64,000 nucleotides of DNA from Candidatus Bathyarchaeota archaeon (GTDB lineage Archaea; Thermoproteota; Bathyarchaeia; 40CM-2-53-6). This document shows, piece by piece, positions 48,850 through 59,736 of this stretch. The stretch lies in the NCBI GenBank assembly GCA_963733055.1, contig CAVTBR010000001.1:1344001-1408000 (forward strand), written 5' to 3'. How positions within the stretch are numbered: position 1 is the stretch's first letter; each line of letters opens with the position of its first letter. The position numbers were made by a program, and so were the translations under genes. The notes beneath the pieces are model-generated. The model did not search any database. It saw only the letters and a list, made by a program, of their open reading frames with translations, and was not told the DNA's origin.

Positions 48850-50013
48850 CTGCTACGGTCTGTTGAAGCAACATCGCCTCGATCAACATCGAGTCCCAAG
48901 AACCTCAATCCAGCCTCGCTCATGTTGGAAGACGGGACCGTTTTCAGCGGCTATTCTTTCGGCGCACTAAAATCCGCCACAGGGGAAGCCGTCTTCTCAA
49001 CCTCAATGGTCGGCTACCCCGAAGCCCTAACCGACCCTTCATACCGTGGACAGATACTCTGCCTCACCTACCCACTTGTAGGCAACTACGGCGTCCCAAG
49101 TTTTGAAACCGTTGCCGACAATTTACCCGTCTTCTTTGAATCCAACGGAATCCAAACTCGCGGACTCATCGTGCATGAAGCCTGCGAACATCCAAGCCAC
49201 TATCAAAGCGTCCGCACACTTGACCAATGGCTTCGGGACGAGAGGATTCCGGGGATATTCGGCATTGACACTAGAAGACTGGCCAGGGTTCTTCGTGAGA
49301 GGGGCGTGATGCGTGCTGCTATCGCGCCCGGGGACAAAGTCAACGCTGTTGATTTGACGGAGATACCGGACCCAAATGAAACCGATCTCGTCAAGGAAGT
49401 GTCCGTTCGCGAGCCTGTAGTGTATCATCCGGAAAGCAAGGAGACGATTGTGCTCTTGGATTGCGGCACAAAACTGAGCATAATCAGGAATTTACTCAAG
49501 CGCGACGTATCAGTTGAACGCGTCCCTTACGATACTCCCGCCGACTCAATCATCGAGCATGATCCGATCGGCGTCGTTGTGAGCAATGGACCGGGTGACC
49601 CTAAGATATGCAAGCAAACAATTCAAACCCTGCGCGATCTCACGGAATCGGAGATCCCCACGCTTGGTATCTGCCTCGGTAACCAGCTAATCGCGCTGGC
49701 GTCTGGAGCCGACACTTACAAGATGAAATACGGGCATCGGTCACAAAATCAACCCGTACTGGATCTTGACACCGGCCGATGCTATATCACCACCCAGAAT
49801 CACGGGTTTGCAGTCGACCGCGCGGCTTTGGAGAAGGCCGGCCTCGAAGTCTGGTTTGTGAACGCAAACGATCGATCAGTTGAGGGATTGAGGGATCCAA
49901 AGCGACCATGTTGGGCTGTACAATGGCATCCTGAAGCATGTCCCGGACCGACGGATACGGAGTTCATCTTCGATTTCTTCCTAAAGGAGGCACGCAAACA
50001 TGCCACGGCATGA
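48850..50013 (+). CDS. carA: Carbamoyl-phosphate synthase small subunit
   Basis: LEDG, TDPSY.GQ, SNGPGDP, GICLG, QNHGF, QWHPE; start uncertain (CTG 48850 after GGGAGG). Confidence 0.95.
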   Translation: MLRSVEATSPRSTSSPKNLNPASLMLEDGTVFSGYSFGALKSATGEAVFSTSMVGYPEALTDPSYRGQILCLTYPLVGNYGVPSFETVADNLPVFFESNGIQTRGLIVHEACEHPSHYQSVRTLDQWLRDERIPGIFGIDTRRLARVLRERGVMRAAIAPGDKVNAVDLTEIPDPNETDLVKEVSVREPVVYHPESKETIVLLDCGTKLSIIRNLLKRDVSVERVPYDTPADSIIEHDPIGVVVSNGPGDPKICKQTIQTLRDLTESEIPTLGICLGNQLIALASGADTYKMKYGHRSQNQPVLDLDTGRCYITTQNHGFAVDRAALEKAGLEVWFVNANDRSVEGLRDPKRPCWAVQWHPEACPGPTDTEFIFDFFLKEARKHATA

Positions 50014-53000
50014 TTGGATTCGGAAGACACTCGTTCTCGGGAGCGGTGCGATCAAGATTGGCGAAGCGGCCGAGTTCGACTACAGTGGCTCCCAATGTTT
50101 GAAAGCACTTCGCGAAGAAGAAATTGAAACAGTCCTCGTCAATCCTAACATTGCCACAATTCAAACGGACCCAAAGCCCGGAACCAGAGTCTACCTTCTA
50201 CCCGTCACGCCGGAATATGTGGAGAGGGTGATTCAGAAGGAGAAGCCTGACAGCATACTGCTAAGCTTCGGCGGGCAGACGGCGCTAAACTGCGGAGTCG
50301 AACTCGCCAAGCGGGGCATCCTAGAAAAGTACGGAGTGCGAGTCCTGGGCACACCGATTCAAACGATTCGCGATACGGAGGACCGGGAACTCTTCAAACA
50401 AGCTATGCTTCGATCCTCGACACCCATCCCAAGAAGCGCCACCGCCGACTCTGTCGCCAAATGCCTAGCTGAGGCCAGCAAGATTGGCTATCCGGTGATA
50501 CTCAGAGTCGCTTATGCTCTGGGCGGGAAGGGTTCGGCGGTTGTATGGAATGAAGAAGAGATGAAGAAAGCTGCCGAGCCAGCGCTCGCACAGAGCATCA
50601 TCAAACAGGTGCTAGTGGAGGAATTCCTCTACCACTGGAAGGAGATTGAGTATGAGGTTGTGAGGGACAGCGCGGACAATTGCATTACCGTCTGCAATAT
50701 GGAAAACTTTGATCCGATGGGCATTCACACGGGAGATTCCATCGTGGTCGCACCTTCTCAGACACTCACGAACCGCGAATATCACCTGCTTCGTTCAGCT
50801 TCAATCAAAGCTATTCGAAGCCTAGGGGTGGTAGGGGAATGTAACATCCAGTGGGCCCTTGACCCCGACAGCGATGCCATCAGGGCTATCGAGGTCAACG
50901 CTCGAATGTCCCGAAGTTCAGCCCTTGCAAGCAAAGCCACAGGCTACCCCCTCGCCTACATCGCAACCAAACTCGCGATAGGATACACGCTGCCTGAATT
51001 ATGGAATAAGATCACAAACGTTACCACAGCTTGCTTCGAACCCGCGCTCGACTACGTTGTCGTCAAGATACCGAGATGGGATCTCGCCAAGTTCCGAAGG
51101 GTTGACCCACACCTCGGCCCACAAATGAAGTCCGTAGGAGAGGTGATGGGTATTGGAAGGTGCTTCGAGGAAGCAATCCAAAAGGCCGTTAGAATGCTCG
51201 ACGTCGGAAAACTCGGAATAGCATGCTACAACGAAAATGCTGACTATTCGAAGGATGAGATACGTGAGCGCCTCAGTCGACCAGCCGATGAACGACTCTT
51301 AGTTATCGTAAACGCACTCAAGAACGGTTTCAGTATCGAAGAGATCCGTGAACTCACCGGAATTGACCCATGGTTCCTGAACAAAATTCTCAACATAATG
51401 GAAACCGAAGACGAGTTGAGGGCTAGTTCACTCGAGAACGAGCATGGGGCTCAACTTGTTAGGCGTGCGAAGGTGCTCGGCTTCTCTGACGTGCAAGTTG
51501 CAAACTGTTTGAATTCAGACGAGTTTACCGTGCGGGAATATCGCATCAAGAACAGCATAAACCCAGTCGTCAAACAAATCGACACGCTTGCCGCAGAATG
51601 GCCAGCCAGGACAAACTACCTCTACCTCACATACGGAGGGGAGGATGACGAGATTGAATTTCAGCTAAGAAAGAAAGCCATCGTTCTAGGCGCCGGCGTC
51701 TTCAGAATCGGTTCAAGTGTCGAATTTGACTGGAGTGCCGTCACAGCAATACAGGCGCTTAAAGAGAATGGCATCGAAGAAACAATAATGATCAACTGCA
51801 ACCCCGAAACCGTCTCCACCGACTACGACAGCTGCGACAAACTGTATTTCGAGGAAATAACCCTCGAACACGTCCTAGACATATACGAGAAAGAGATGCC
51901 TGAAGGGGTCTTAGTCAGCGTTGGTGGTCAAATCGCCAACAACCTCGCACCCAAGCTAGCAAAACACGGCGTGCGAATCTTAGGGTCAGGCAGCCGGACG
52001 ATAGATCGAGCCGAAGACCGTGCAAAGTTCAGCAGCCTCCTGGATCGGCTCGGAATCCCTCAACCCAGTTGGAAAAAGGCTACCACGGTACTGGCTTGCA
52101 AGAGATTCGCAAAGGAATTTGGATACCCCGTCATAGTCAGGCCCAGCTACGTTCTCTCCGGCTCCGCCATGAGAATCGCCGACGATGAGAAACAGCTCGA
52201 GGCCTACCTGCAGCTCGCTGCTAGCGTATCACCGGAACATCCCGTCGTCATCTCAAAGTTCGTTTCAGATGCGCGAGAGGTTGAGGTTGATGGAGTCTGT
52301 GATGGAACGAACGTTCTGCTCAGCCCCGTCATGGAGCATATCGAAAACGCGGGGATCCACAGCGGGGACGCGACAATTAGCATACCCGCGAAAACGCTAC
52401 TGCCTAACATCGTAGACAAGGTCTATGATTACAGCCAGAAAATTGCCGAAGGCCTAGGAATCCGCGGCCCATTCAACATTCAGTATCTCGCGAAAGGCGA
52501 CACGGTCTATGTGATCGAATGTAATGCGAGGGCATCAAGATCAATGCCCTACGTCAGTAAATCAACCGGAACGAACCTAATCCGAGAAGCCGTCCCGCTA
52601 ATGCTCGGCAAGAAGAAACTCGCCAACTCTACTGGAATCGCTAAGGCAGGGTTCCAATACTATAGCGTAAAAGTGCCACAGTTCAGCTTCGTACGGTTGA
52701 CCGGAGCGGATCCGGTTACGGGTGTGGAGATGATGAGCACGGGAGAGGTGGCATGTATCGGCAGGAACTTTCCGGACGCGTTAACAAAGGCACTAGAGTC
52801 AAGCGAAATCTCACTTCCAAAGAGCGGCGGCGTGTTGATAACGGTGGGAGGGGCGGAGTTGAAAAACCGCATCCTTCCTCTCTCCATTGCGCTCGCATCA
52901 TTAGGCTTCGAGCTTTACGCGACCGAGCACACCGCCATGACATTGCACGAGGCTGGGCTTAGGAAAGTCACTTCTTTACACAAAGTTGGTGAACCCAAGG

Positions 53001-53296
53001 AGAAACCAAACATCTTAGATTACTTGCTTGAGGGTAAGATCAAACTTGTCATCAACATACCGAGCAACAGTGAAGGTGTGCTTAACGAAGGCATCCGAGA
53101 GGACGAATATGCGATTCGGCGTTTGGCCGTAGAACATAACATTCCCGTCGTAACAACGTTCGAGCTTGCGACCGCTATAGTTGAGGCATTGCAGTATTCG
53201 AAGTTCCAAGAACCTGAAGTCTTAGCCTTGACCGACTATGTTAACGAGAGCGTGACCAAAGATCGCGCGAAGACCGCAGTTCTTGGAATGACTTGA
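50000..53296 (+). CDS. carB: Carbamoyl-phosphate synthase large subunit
   Basis: GSGAIKIG.AAEFDYSG, duplicated ATP-grasp, MGS domain. Confidence 0.97.
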   Translation: MPRHDWIRKTLVLGSGAIKIGEAAEFDYSGSQCLKALREEEIETVLVNPNIATIQTDPKPGTRVYLLPVTPEYVERVIQKEKPDSILLSFGGQTALNCGVELAKRGILEKYGVRVLGTPIQTIRDTEDRELFKQAMLRSSTPIPRSATADSVAKCLAEASKIGYPVILRVAYALGGKGSAVVWNEEEMKKAAEPALAQSIIKQVLVEEFLYHWKEIEYEVVRDSADNCITVCNMENFDPMGIHTGDSIVVAPSQTLTNREYHLLRSASIKAIRSLGVVGECNIQWALDPDSDAIRAIEVNARMSRSSALASKATGYPLAYIATKLAIGYTLPELWNKITNVTTACFEPALDYVVVKIPRWDLAKFRRVDPHLGPQMKSVGEVMGIGRCFEEAIQKAVRMLDVGKLGIACYNENADYSKDEIRERLSRPADERLLVIVNALKNGFSIEEIRELTGIDPWFLNKILNIMETEDELRASSLENEHGAQLVRRAKVLGFSDVQVANCLNSDEFTVREYRIKNSINPVVKQIDTLAAEWPARTNYLYLTYGGEDDEIEFQLRKKAIVLGAGVFRIGSSVEFDWSAVTAIQALKENGIEETIMINCNPETVSTDYDSCDKLYFEEITLEHVLDIYEKEMPEGVLVSVGGQIANNLAPKLAKHGVRILGSGSRTIDRAEDRAKFSSLLDRLGIPQPSWKKATTVLACKRFAKEFGYPVIVRPSYVLSGSAMRIADDEKQLEAYLQLAASVSPEHPVVISKFVSDAREVEVDGVCDGTNVLLSPVMEHIENAGIHSGDATISIPAKTLLPNIVDKVYDYSQKIAEGLGIRGPFNIQYLAKGDTVYVIECNARASRSMPYVSKSTGTNLIREAVPLMLGKKKLANSTGIAKAGFQYYSVKVPQFSFVRLTGADPVTGVEMMSTGEVACIGRNFPDALTKALESSEISLPKSGGVLITVGGAELKNRILPLSIALASLGFELYATEHTAMTLHEAGLRKVTSLHKVGEPKEKPNILDYLLEGKIKLVINIPSNSEGVLNEGIREDEYAIRRLAVEHNIPVVTTFELATAIVEALQYSKFQEPEVLALTDYVNESVTKDRAKTAVLGMT

Positions 53297-53306
53297 GTGA
53301 GCTTCG

Positions 53307-54464
53307 TCAGCTAGTTTCATTTTTCTTCCATTCCTCCGCTAATCGCACACGTTTGGAGGATGGAGGATGAGTATAGAAGAATAGTTCAACGAGTCGGCTC
53401 GGTGAGTCAACGGAGAGGCTCATGTCAGCGAGTCGCCTCTCTGATGATGCTTGGGCTTCAGAGTCATTAGCTGCCTTGAGTGCGAACTCATCCGCTTTGC
53501 GCTCCACGATTCGAGACAACCAGTTAGTCAGAGGTTGAAGTACGAAGCCAACTCCTATCAAGGCTGCGAAGACTATCGGAACGCCCGCCGGGTCCAGGAT
53601 ACTGGGTAAGCCGTGGGTGGCTACCGCGGATTTGAGTACATAGTCGGCAACGTAGAACGGTGGAATAACGGCGAGGCCTGAGACTAGCGCCTCTTTCCAA
53701 ATATCTTTGTTCACGTAATGCCCAAGCTCGTGCGCCACAACTGTGGTGATTTCTCGGTGTGTGAAATTATTCAGGAGGGTATCGAAGAGTACTATGGATC
53801 TGCTTTTTCCAACGCCTGAGAAGAACGCGTTTGCTCTTATCGACCTCCGACTCTCATCTGCTACGAGCACACGGTCGACGTTATGAGCTCCAAATTTCTT
53901 GCTCATTTGGAGTAAGCTCTCTTTCAAGTCCATGTCAGAGAGGGGACTGACTTTGTAGAAGATTGGTAGGATAACAAACGGAAGGATGATGGAGAGTAGG
54001 ATGGAGAAGATGGCAAAGATTGCGGCTGCAGCAATCCACCATAGCTGTAGGTTTCCGATTAGGTAGTAGAGAACCGACCCCGCCAATATTCCGAAAACCA
54101 GTTCGACTCCGAGCCCCTTCAACTCATCAACAACCCAACCTTGTAGATTCTGAGTTGACAACTTGAACCTGTGATCTATGATGTATCCCGAGTAGAAGGA
54201 AAGCGGCATTGCTATGAGCTGAAGCATGATGAAAAAGAAGAGAAGATACAACCATAGAGAGATCCAGTAAGAGCCGGTCACAGAATTCAGCCACCCGCTC
54301 AGTAGATACGAGCCACCGGTCAAGAATAGGATAGCACAGAACGCGAGCGAAAATAGAGCGCCGTTTACTAAGTCTAGTATCAGTTTTACACTTTCATAAT
54401 TCTTTGCAATGGACCGCTTCGTTGCGTCGTATTGGTAATTCTCTTGAGGTTCTGTCCTTTGCAA
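53307..54464 (-). CDS. M48 (Ste24-like) zinc metalloprotease
   Basis: NAFFSG, HELGH, ERKADEFA, THP. Confidence 0.9.
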   Translation of the reverse strand: MQRTEPQENYQYDATKRSIAKNYESVKLILDLVNGALFSLAFCAILFLTGGSYLLSGWLNSVTGSYWISLWLYLLFFFIMLQLIAMPLSFYSGYIIDHRFKLSTQNLQGWVVDELKGLGVELVFGILAGSVLYYLIGNLQLWWIAAAAIFAIFSILLSIILPFVILPIFYKVSPLSDMDLKESLLQMSKKFGAHNVDRVLVADESRRSIRANAFFSGVGKSRSIVLFDTLLNNFTHREITTVVAHELGHYVNKDIWKEALVSGLAVIPPFYVADYVLKSAVATHGLPSILDPAGVPIVFAALIGVGFVLQPLTNWLSRIVERKADEFALKAANDSEAQASSERRLADMSLSVDSPSRLVELFFYTHPPSSKRVRLAEEWKKNETS

Positions 54465-54757
54465 CTGGGTCCACCTTGTGATTTGATGAGAAGCCAGGAG
54501 GGAGCCTATCGTACATAAATGCAGGCCTCTAAGCCCGAGAAAATCAGGAGCGTGCCGTTGTTAGGTTTATCCTGTCTGGGCGTGACCGCCAGGAGGAGGC
54601 TTCTCTACTTTCTTCTTTGGCTTACGGACCATCTTAGGGTTGCCCATTCTAATCTATCAGTACATTGTGACAGAGCACATAAAAAACGAATTGGCCTTCA
54701 TGAGCTGGATGGGGGTGGGCTTGGGGCAGGCTCTGGCACCTGAGGATGAGTGTGGAA

Positions 54758-55225
54758 CTATGGAGTGGTTGGCGTGGGGGTGAATGTGTATTCTTGTGCG
54801 GGTTGATTTCCGCTCGAAATCGTGTAAGTTATCTTCAGCTTGACATCGTCCTTCATCATTGCGTGCACAGGACAGTACTTCTCCTGCGACAACCGTATGG
54901 CTCGTTCCACAGCATCCTTTCTTAACTCAGGGCCGGAAAGAGAGTATCTCATGTCGATACTCTCGTAATACCTCGGATCTTCGTCGCGCCGAACACCGCT
55001 GACGGCCATATCGAATTTGTCCACCTTCTGACGTTGCCTATCCAAGATCCACTGTACGTCCATCGCGGTGCAGCCCGCTAGCGCAACCAGGAAGAGTTCC
55101 ATCGGCTTGAATGCTTGTCCCATCTCATCAGAAGAGTCTAGTTGAATTGTCCGGCCGTCCACTTTCACGTTGAACTTCAATGCTTCAGAATGATGGAGTT
55201 CCGCTGAGACTTGATCGCTTGTCAC
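54758..55225 (-). CDS. OsmC/YhfA family protein
   Basis: PMELFLVALAGC, EKYC. Confidence 0.88.
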   Translation of the reverse strand: MTSDQVSAELHHSEALKFNVKVDGRTIQLDSSDEMGQAFKPMELFLVALAGCTAMDVQWILDRQRQKVDKFDMAVSGVRRDEDPRYYESIDMRYSLSGPELRKDAVERAIRLSQEKYCPVHAMMKDDVKLKITYTISSGNQPAQEYTFTPTPTTP

Positions 55226-55309
55226 GGCTTATCTACGTTGCATGTTTCCACGACGTAGGCTTTTATTCCTCGCTATCGTTGATTCGGCGCTACCAGAGAG
55301 AGTTGTTTC

Positions 55310-55810
55310 TTGAAAGGCGATGATCTGGAAAGGTTTAGCGTTTACCGCTTCTACATAGACTACCCGCCAGTCTGTCGATTCGAATTCAACCCGAAGACCC
55401 GCCGCGAAAAAGGGGACATAGTCATACACTTCCCGGATAAGCAGAAGGTATTTCTCTCTTGGGGAGACCTCGCGGTCGTGAAGAAGAAATTCCAAACCGC
55501 CAACGAGTTTGCCGCCCATAGCATCAAATCAATGGCGAAGAGCCGCAACGTATCAAAGACGGATAAGATGGAGGAGAAAACGCTACGCGTCAGTGGGCAC
55601 GAGGCGTTCTATAACAAGGTGCGATTTCACGAAACCCCCATGGGGATCTTTGCCAGGGGCAAAGGAGTCGCTCGCGTGACCTGCTCCGTCCACCTCTTCT
55701 GCGAACAATCCTCACATTACTTCGTTATCTACGCGCTCCTCACACCTAGCGCCCCCGAAGATTTCCCCGAACTATTCCTAACCATGGTGGACTCGTTCCA
55801 CTGCCACTAA
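55310..55810 (+). CDS. Hypothetical protein
   Basis: 166-aa ORF with plausible codon usage; no recognised motif. Confidence 0.55.
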   Translation: MKGDDLERFSVYRFYIDYPPVCRFEFNPKTRREKGDIVIHFPDKQKVFLSWGDLAVVKKKFQTANEFAAHSIKSMAKSRNVSKTDKMEEKTLRVSGHEAFYNKVRFHETPMGIFARGKGVARVTCSVHLFCEQSSHYFVIYALLTPSAPEDFPELFLTMVDSFHCH

Positions 55811-56075
55811 GCCTTCAGCGAATTAGTACGCGATCAAACTCGGGCCGGATGATTTGGTAGAGGCAGTTTGGTAAGCTAGAACAGTGGTTGGGTTAGCATC
55901 AAATGAACTTATTAGGCCCAGCAGACGTAACTTACATGTAGGGCGCCTTCCGGCTGAATAGGCGTCGATCGCGTTCGGGTCGTATTTAGCGGAGCCTTTA
56001 GCTCGCTCTGAAACTTTATTAGCGTGGCTCCGAATGTTTGCTGGGAAAGTTTCTGAAGCTCCGGGTCCGGGCGGA

Positions 56076-56363
56076 ATGAACCTTTTCTCCGTGGAGAAAT
56101 CCTCGTTTGAAGAAGAAAGAAGAAAAAGAGAGATCATACAATATTTTGCGCACCAATTCGTCCCCAAACATGAACTGCTTTCAAAGAAGGATGCGGAGGA
56201 ATTGATGCACGAGTTCCATATTCGTCCTCATCAACTCCCATACATCAAGACCAACGACCCCGCGGCGGAGACGCTTGGTGCAAAGATGGGAGACATTCTC
56301 CGAATAACGCGCAAGAGCGCTACAGCCGGGGAAGTTATCGTTTACCGTTACGTTGTCGATTAA
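56076..56363 (+). CDS. rpoH: RNA polymerase subunit H (Rpo5)
   Basis: HQFVPKHELL, LPYI..DP, RKSATAG..YRYVV; start 56076 or 56091. Confidence 0.95.
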   Translation: MNLFSVEKSSFEEERRKREIIQYFAHQFVPKHELLSKKDAEELMHEFHIRPHQLPYIKTNDPAAETLGAKMGDILRITRKSATAGEVIVYRYVVD

Positions 56364-56372
56364 GGTGGAATT

Positions 56373-59300
56373 TTGTCACAACAAGCAACCGCAACCGTGA
56401 GCCCTGCGATCTGGGAGCTGATCAAGCACTTCCTAGACGAGAAGGGGCTGGTCAGACAGCATGTCGACTCCTACAACGAGTTTATTGAAAGTGGCTTGCA
56501 AGCCATAGTCGACGAAACCGGCGAGATACCGATTGAGATTGAAGACTACCCGCTGAAAATCAAGCTCGGCAAAATAGAAATCGGAACACCCCGCGTAACC
56601 GAAGTAGACGGATCCGAACGCCAAATCTTTCCAACAGAAGCTAGGATACGGAACCTAACCTACGCCGCCCCACTCCACGTGGAAATGACCCCTATAATCG
56701 GGGAGAGGGAAGGGCAAACAGAGATCGTTTACATCGGCGACTTTCCAGTCATGCTTCGCTCCAAGATCTGCCCCCTGTCACGCATGACCGCCGAGGAACT
56801 CATCAGCATAGGAGAGGACCCGATCGATCCAGGTGGATATTTCATAGTCAACGGCGCCGAGCGAGTCGTGGTCGCGCTCGAAGACCTCGCCGCCAACAGG
56901 ATTCTGGTCGACAAAGAACAGACCGGCGTTCATCCAACCTACAAGGCGAAAATCTTCTCAACGACCGTAGGCTTCAGGGCACGCACAGAAGTGACGCTGA
57001 AGACTGATGGAGCCATTTACATAACAATGCCAGGCGTACCCTCAGACGTCCCCCTAGTCGTCATGATGAAGGCGCTCGGGTACGAAGAGGACGCGAAGAT
57101 CGCTGAAATGATTTCCAGCGACGAGCTACTACAAAACCAACTCGCCAACACATTCGAGAAGTCAGTCGGCGTAGTAACCCAAAGGGACGCGTTACTGTAC
57201 ATTGGTAACAGACTGGCACCAGGCCAGGTTGAAGAGTACAGGCTCAAGAAGGCTGAGGCATCGGTAGATAGAAACTTCTTACCCCACATAGGCCGCAACC
57301 CCGAAGAGAGGAAAGAGAAAGCCGCTTGCCTCGCCGAGGTTGGCGTTAGAGTTATTGAGCTTAAGCTCGGTATGCGTGAACCCGACGACAAGGACCATTA
57401 CGCTAACAAGAGGCTGAAGCTCGCAGGGTCTCTCCTCGCCGAACTCTTTCGAATTTCATTCAGAAACCTAATTCGCGACCTCAAGTACCAACTCAAGCGA
57501 ATAACGATCCGCAGACACGCTGAACTCTCAATCAGTAACGCAATTCGGCCGGGAATTATTACCGAACGCATTCAGCATGCCATCGCAACCGGCAATTGGG
57601 TCCGCGGACGTGTCGGAGTAACTCAACTTCTTGACAGGACTAACTATTCTTCAACGCTCAGCCATTTACGCAGGCTTCAATCGCCACTTAGCAGGAGCCA
57701 GCCGAACCTCGAAGCCCGCGACCTTCACCCAACCCACTGGGGACGGCTATGCCCAAGCGAAACCCCTGAAGGGTCGAACTGCGGCTTAGTCAAGAACCTA
57801 GCTTTGAGCGCGGTCATCTCCGTTGGAGTTGATTCGCGGGAATTCGTTTCCAAGCTGCGGCGGATGGGTGTGGTTGGTGTTGATGAAGCTGATGGCAAAC
57901 TCCGTGCGGCGGGAGCGAAAGTCTTCGTTGACGGGTTGATTGCTGGTTATGTTCGTGAAGCGGACAAGATGGCGCAAGAACTCATTCGATTGCGGCGCAC
58001 CGGCGAGATCAGCTCCGAGGTTAACATAGCGTTCACCTTGCCCCAAGTTGAGAATGGAAGATCTGAGCTGTACGTTAACTGCGACCAGGGCCGTGTGCGG
58101 CGTCCCGCAATAGTTATTGAAAACTCGAAACCAAAACTCACCCGTGAACAGGTTGAAGCGATTCAACGGGGTGAGATGCGGTGGAGTGACCTAATCGAAC
58201 GAGGCGTTGTCGAATACTTGGACGCGGAGGAGGAAGAGAACGCGCTTATCGCGCCGTCCCCAAGCCGCATCAATGAAAAGACAACGCACGTTGAAATTGC
58301 CCCATATACAATCCTCGGAATCGCCGCCTCCCTAATCCCCTACCCAGAACACAACCAATCCCCACGCAATGCCTACGAATCCGCCATGGCCAAGCAGGCA
58401 CTAGGCGTGTACGCGGTCAACTACGCGAACCGAACCGACTCGCGAGCCCACATCCTACACTATCCACAAGTCCCCGTAGTTCGAACCAAACCCATGGACA
58501 TCATAAAATATGATACCAGGCCCGCCGGCCAAAACTGCGTCCTCGCGGTCCTGTGCTACCAAGGATACAACATGGAAGACGCGATCATAATTAACAAATC
58601 ATCCGTCGACCACGGCCTCTTCAGATCCAGCTTCTACCGAGTCTACGAAGGCGAATGCAGACAATATCTCGGAGGTCTTCGCGACAAGTTCGAAGTACCC
58701 GAGGCAGGAATACGCGGCTACCGCGGCGACCGATATTACCGGCTTCTTGAAGAGGATGGAGTCATCTCGGTCGAGTCGGAAGTTACTGGTAACAGCGTTC
58801 TGATTGGGCGGACCAGCCCACCAAGATTTCTCGAAGAATATCGTGAATTCGAAGTTAAAGGCCCCACGAAACGGGATTCATCCGTAGGAATGCGTCCCTC
58901 AGAGGAAGGAATCATTGACGCCGTCTTTCTCAGCGAATCGATCGAAGGCAACCGCCTCGTCAAAGTCAGGGTCCGAGACACGCGAATACCCGAGCTCGGG
59001 GACAAGTTCGCTTCCAGGCACGGACAGAAAGGCGTCATCGGCACTTTGATTCCGCAAGAGAACATGCCGTTCACAGAACAGGGAATCGTCCCCGACGTCA
59101 TCATCAACCCTCACGCAATCCCATCACGCATGACCATCGGCCAATTCGTTGAAGCGGTTGCGGGCAAGGTAGCAAGTTTGCGCGGCGAACCGGTAGACGG
59201 AACCGCATTCAGTAACGAAGGGCCGGGAGTTTTGCGCGAGTCATTACTTGAGCTCGGCTTCCAGCACAGCGGACGGGAAGTAATGTACAACGGGGTAGAC

Positions 59301-59735
59301 GGAAGAAAACTGGTAGCTGACATTTTCATCGGCGTCGTCTACTACCAGAAACTCCACCACATGGTAGCAGACAAAATGCACGCACGGGCCCGCGGCCAAG
59401 TTCAGATGCTAACCCGCCAACCAACCGAAGGGCGCGCAAGGGGCGGGGGTCTGAGGTTCGGCGAAATGGAGCGCGACTGCCTCATCGGCCACGGCGCATC
59501 GGCGCTATTGAGAGATAGGCTGCTCGAGGAGTCGGACAAGTACATGGTAATGGTCTGCGAAACCTGCGGCCTACTCGCGTACCACGACGTGAAACAGAAC
59601 AAGTACATCTGCCGAATCGATGGGGACAAAGCTGTAGTCTCGCCAGTTCAACTCTCATACGCATTCAAACTTCTATTACAAGAACTGATGGCGCTGGGAA
59701 TCGCGCCGCGACTAGAAGTTTCGGAGCGCGCATAA
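56373..59735 (+). CDS. rpoB: RNA polymerase subunit B (Rpo2), unsplit
   Basis: GDKFASRHGQKG, GGLRFGEMERD, Zn ribbon. Confidence 0.98.
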   Translation: MSQQATATVSPAIWELIKHFLDEKGLVRQHVDSYNEFIESGLQAIVDETGEIPIEIEDYPLKIKLGKIEIGTPRVTEVDGSERQIFPTEARIRNLTYAAPLHVEMTPIIGEREGQTEIVYIGDFPVMLRSKICPLSRMTAEELISIGEDPIDPGGYFIVNGAERVVVALEDLAANRILVDKEQTGVHPTYKAKIFSTTVGFRARTEVTLKTDGAIYITMPGVPSDVPLVVMMKALGYEEDAKIAEMISSDELLQNQLANTFEKSVGVVTQRDALLYIGNRLAPGQVEEYRLKKAEASVDRNFLPHIGRNPEERKEKAACLAEVGVRVIELKLGMREPDDKDHYANKRLKLAGSLLAELFRISFRNLIRDLKYQLKRITIRRHAELSISNAIRPGIITERIQHAIATGNWVRGRVGVTQLLDRTNYSSTLSHLRRLQSPLSRSQPNLEARDLHPTHWGRLCPSETPEGSNCGLVKNLALSAVISVGVDSREFVSKLRRMGVVGVDEADGKLRAAGAKVFVDGLIAGYVREADKMAQELIRLRRTGEISSEVNIAFTLPQVENGRSELYVNCDQGRVRRPAIVIENSKPKLTREQVEAIQRGEMRWSDLIERGVVEYLDAEEEENALIAPSPSRINEKTTHVEIAPYTILGIAASLIPYPEHNQSPRNAYESAMAKQALGVYAVNYANRTDSRAHILHYPQVPVVRTKPMDIIKYDTRPAGQNCVLAVLCYQGYNMEDAIIINKSSVDHGLFRSSFYRVYEGECRQYLGGLRDKFEVPEAGIRGYRGDRYYRLLEEDGVISVESEVTGNSVLIGRTSPPRFLEEYREFEVKGPTKRDSSVGMRPSEEGIIDAVFLSESIEGNRLVKVRVRDTRIPELGDKFASRHGQKGVIGTLIPQENMPFTEQGIVPDVIINPHAIPSRMTIGQFVEAVAGKVASLRGEPVDGTAFSNEGPGVLRESLLELGFQHSGREVMYNGVDGRKLVADIFIGVVYYQKLHHMVADKMHARARGQVQMLTRQPTEGRARGGGLRFGEMERDCLIGHGASALLRDRLLEESDKYMVMVCETCGLLAYHDVKQNKYICRIDGDKAVVSPVQLSYAFKLLLQELMALGIAPRLEVSERA

Positions 59736-59736
59736 A

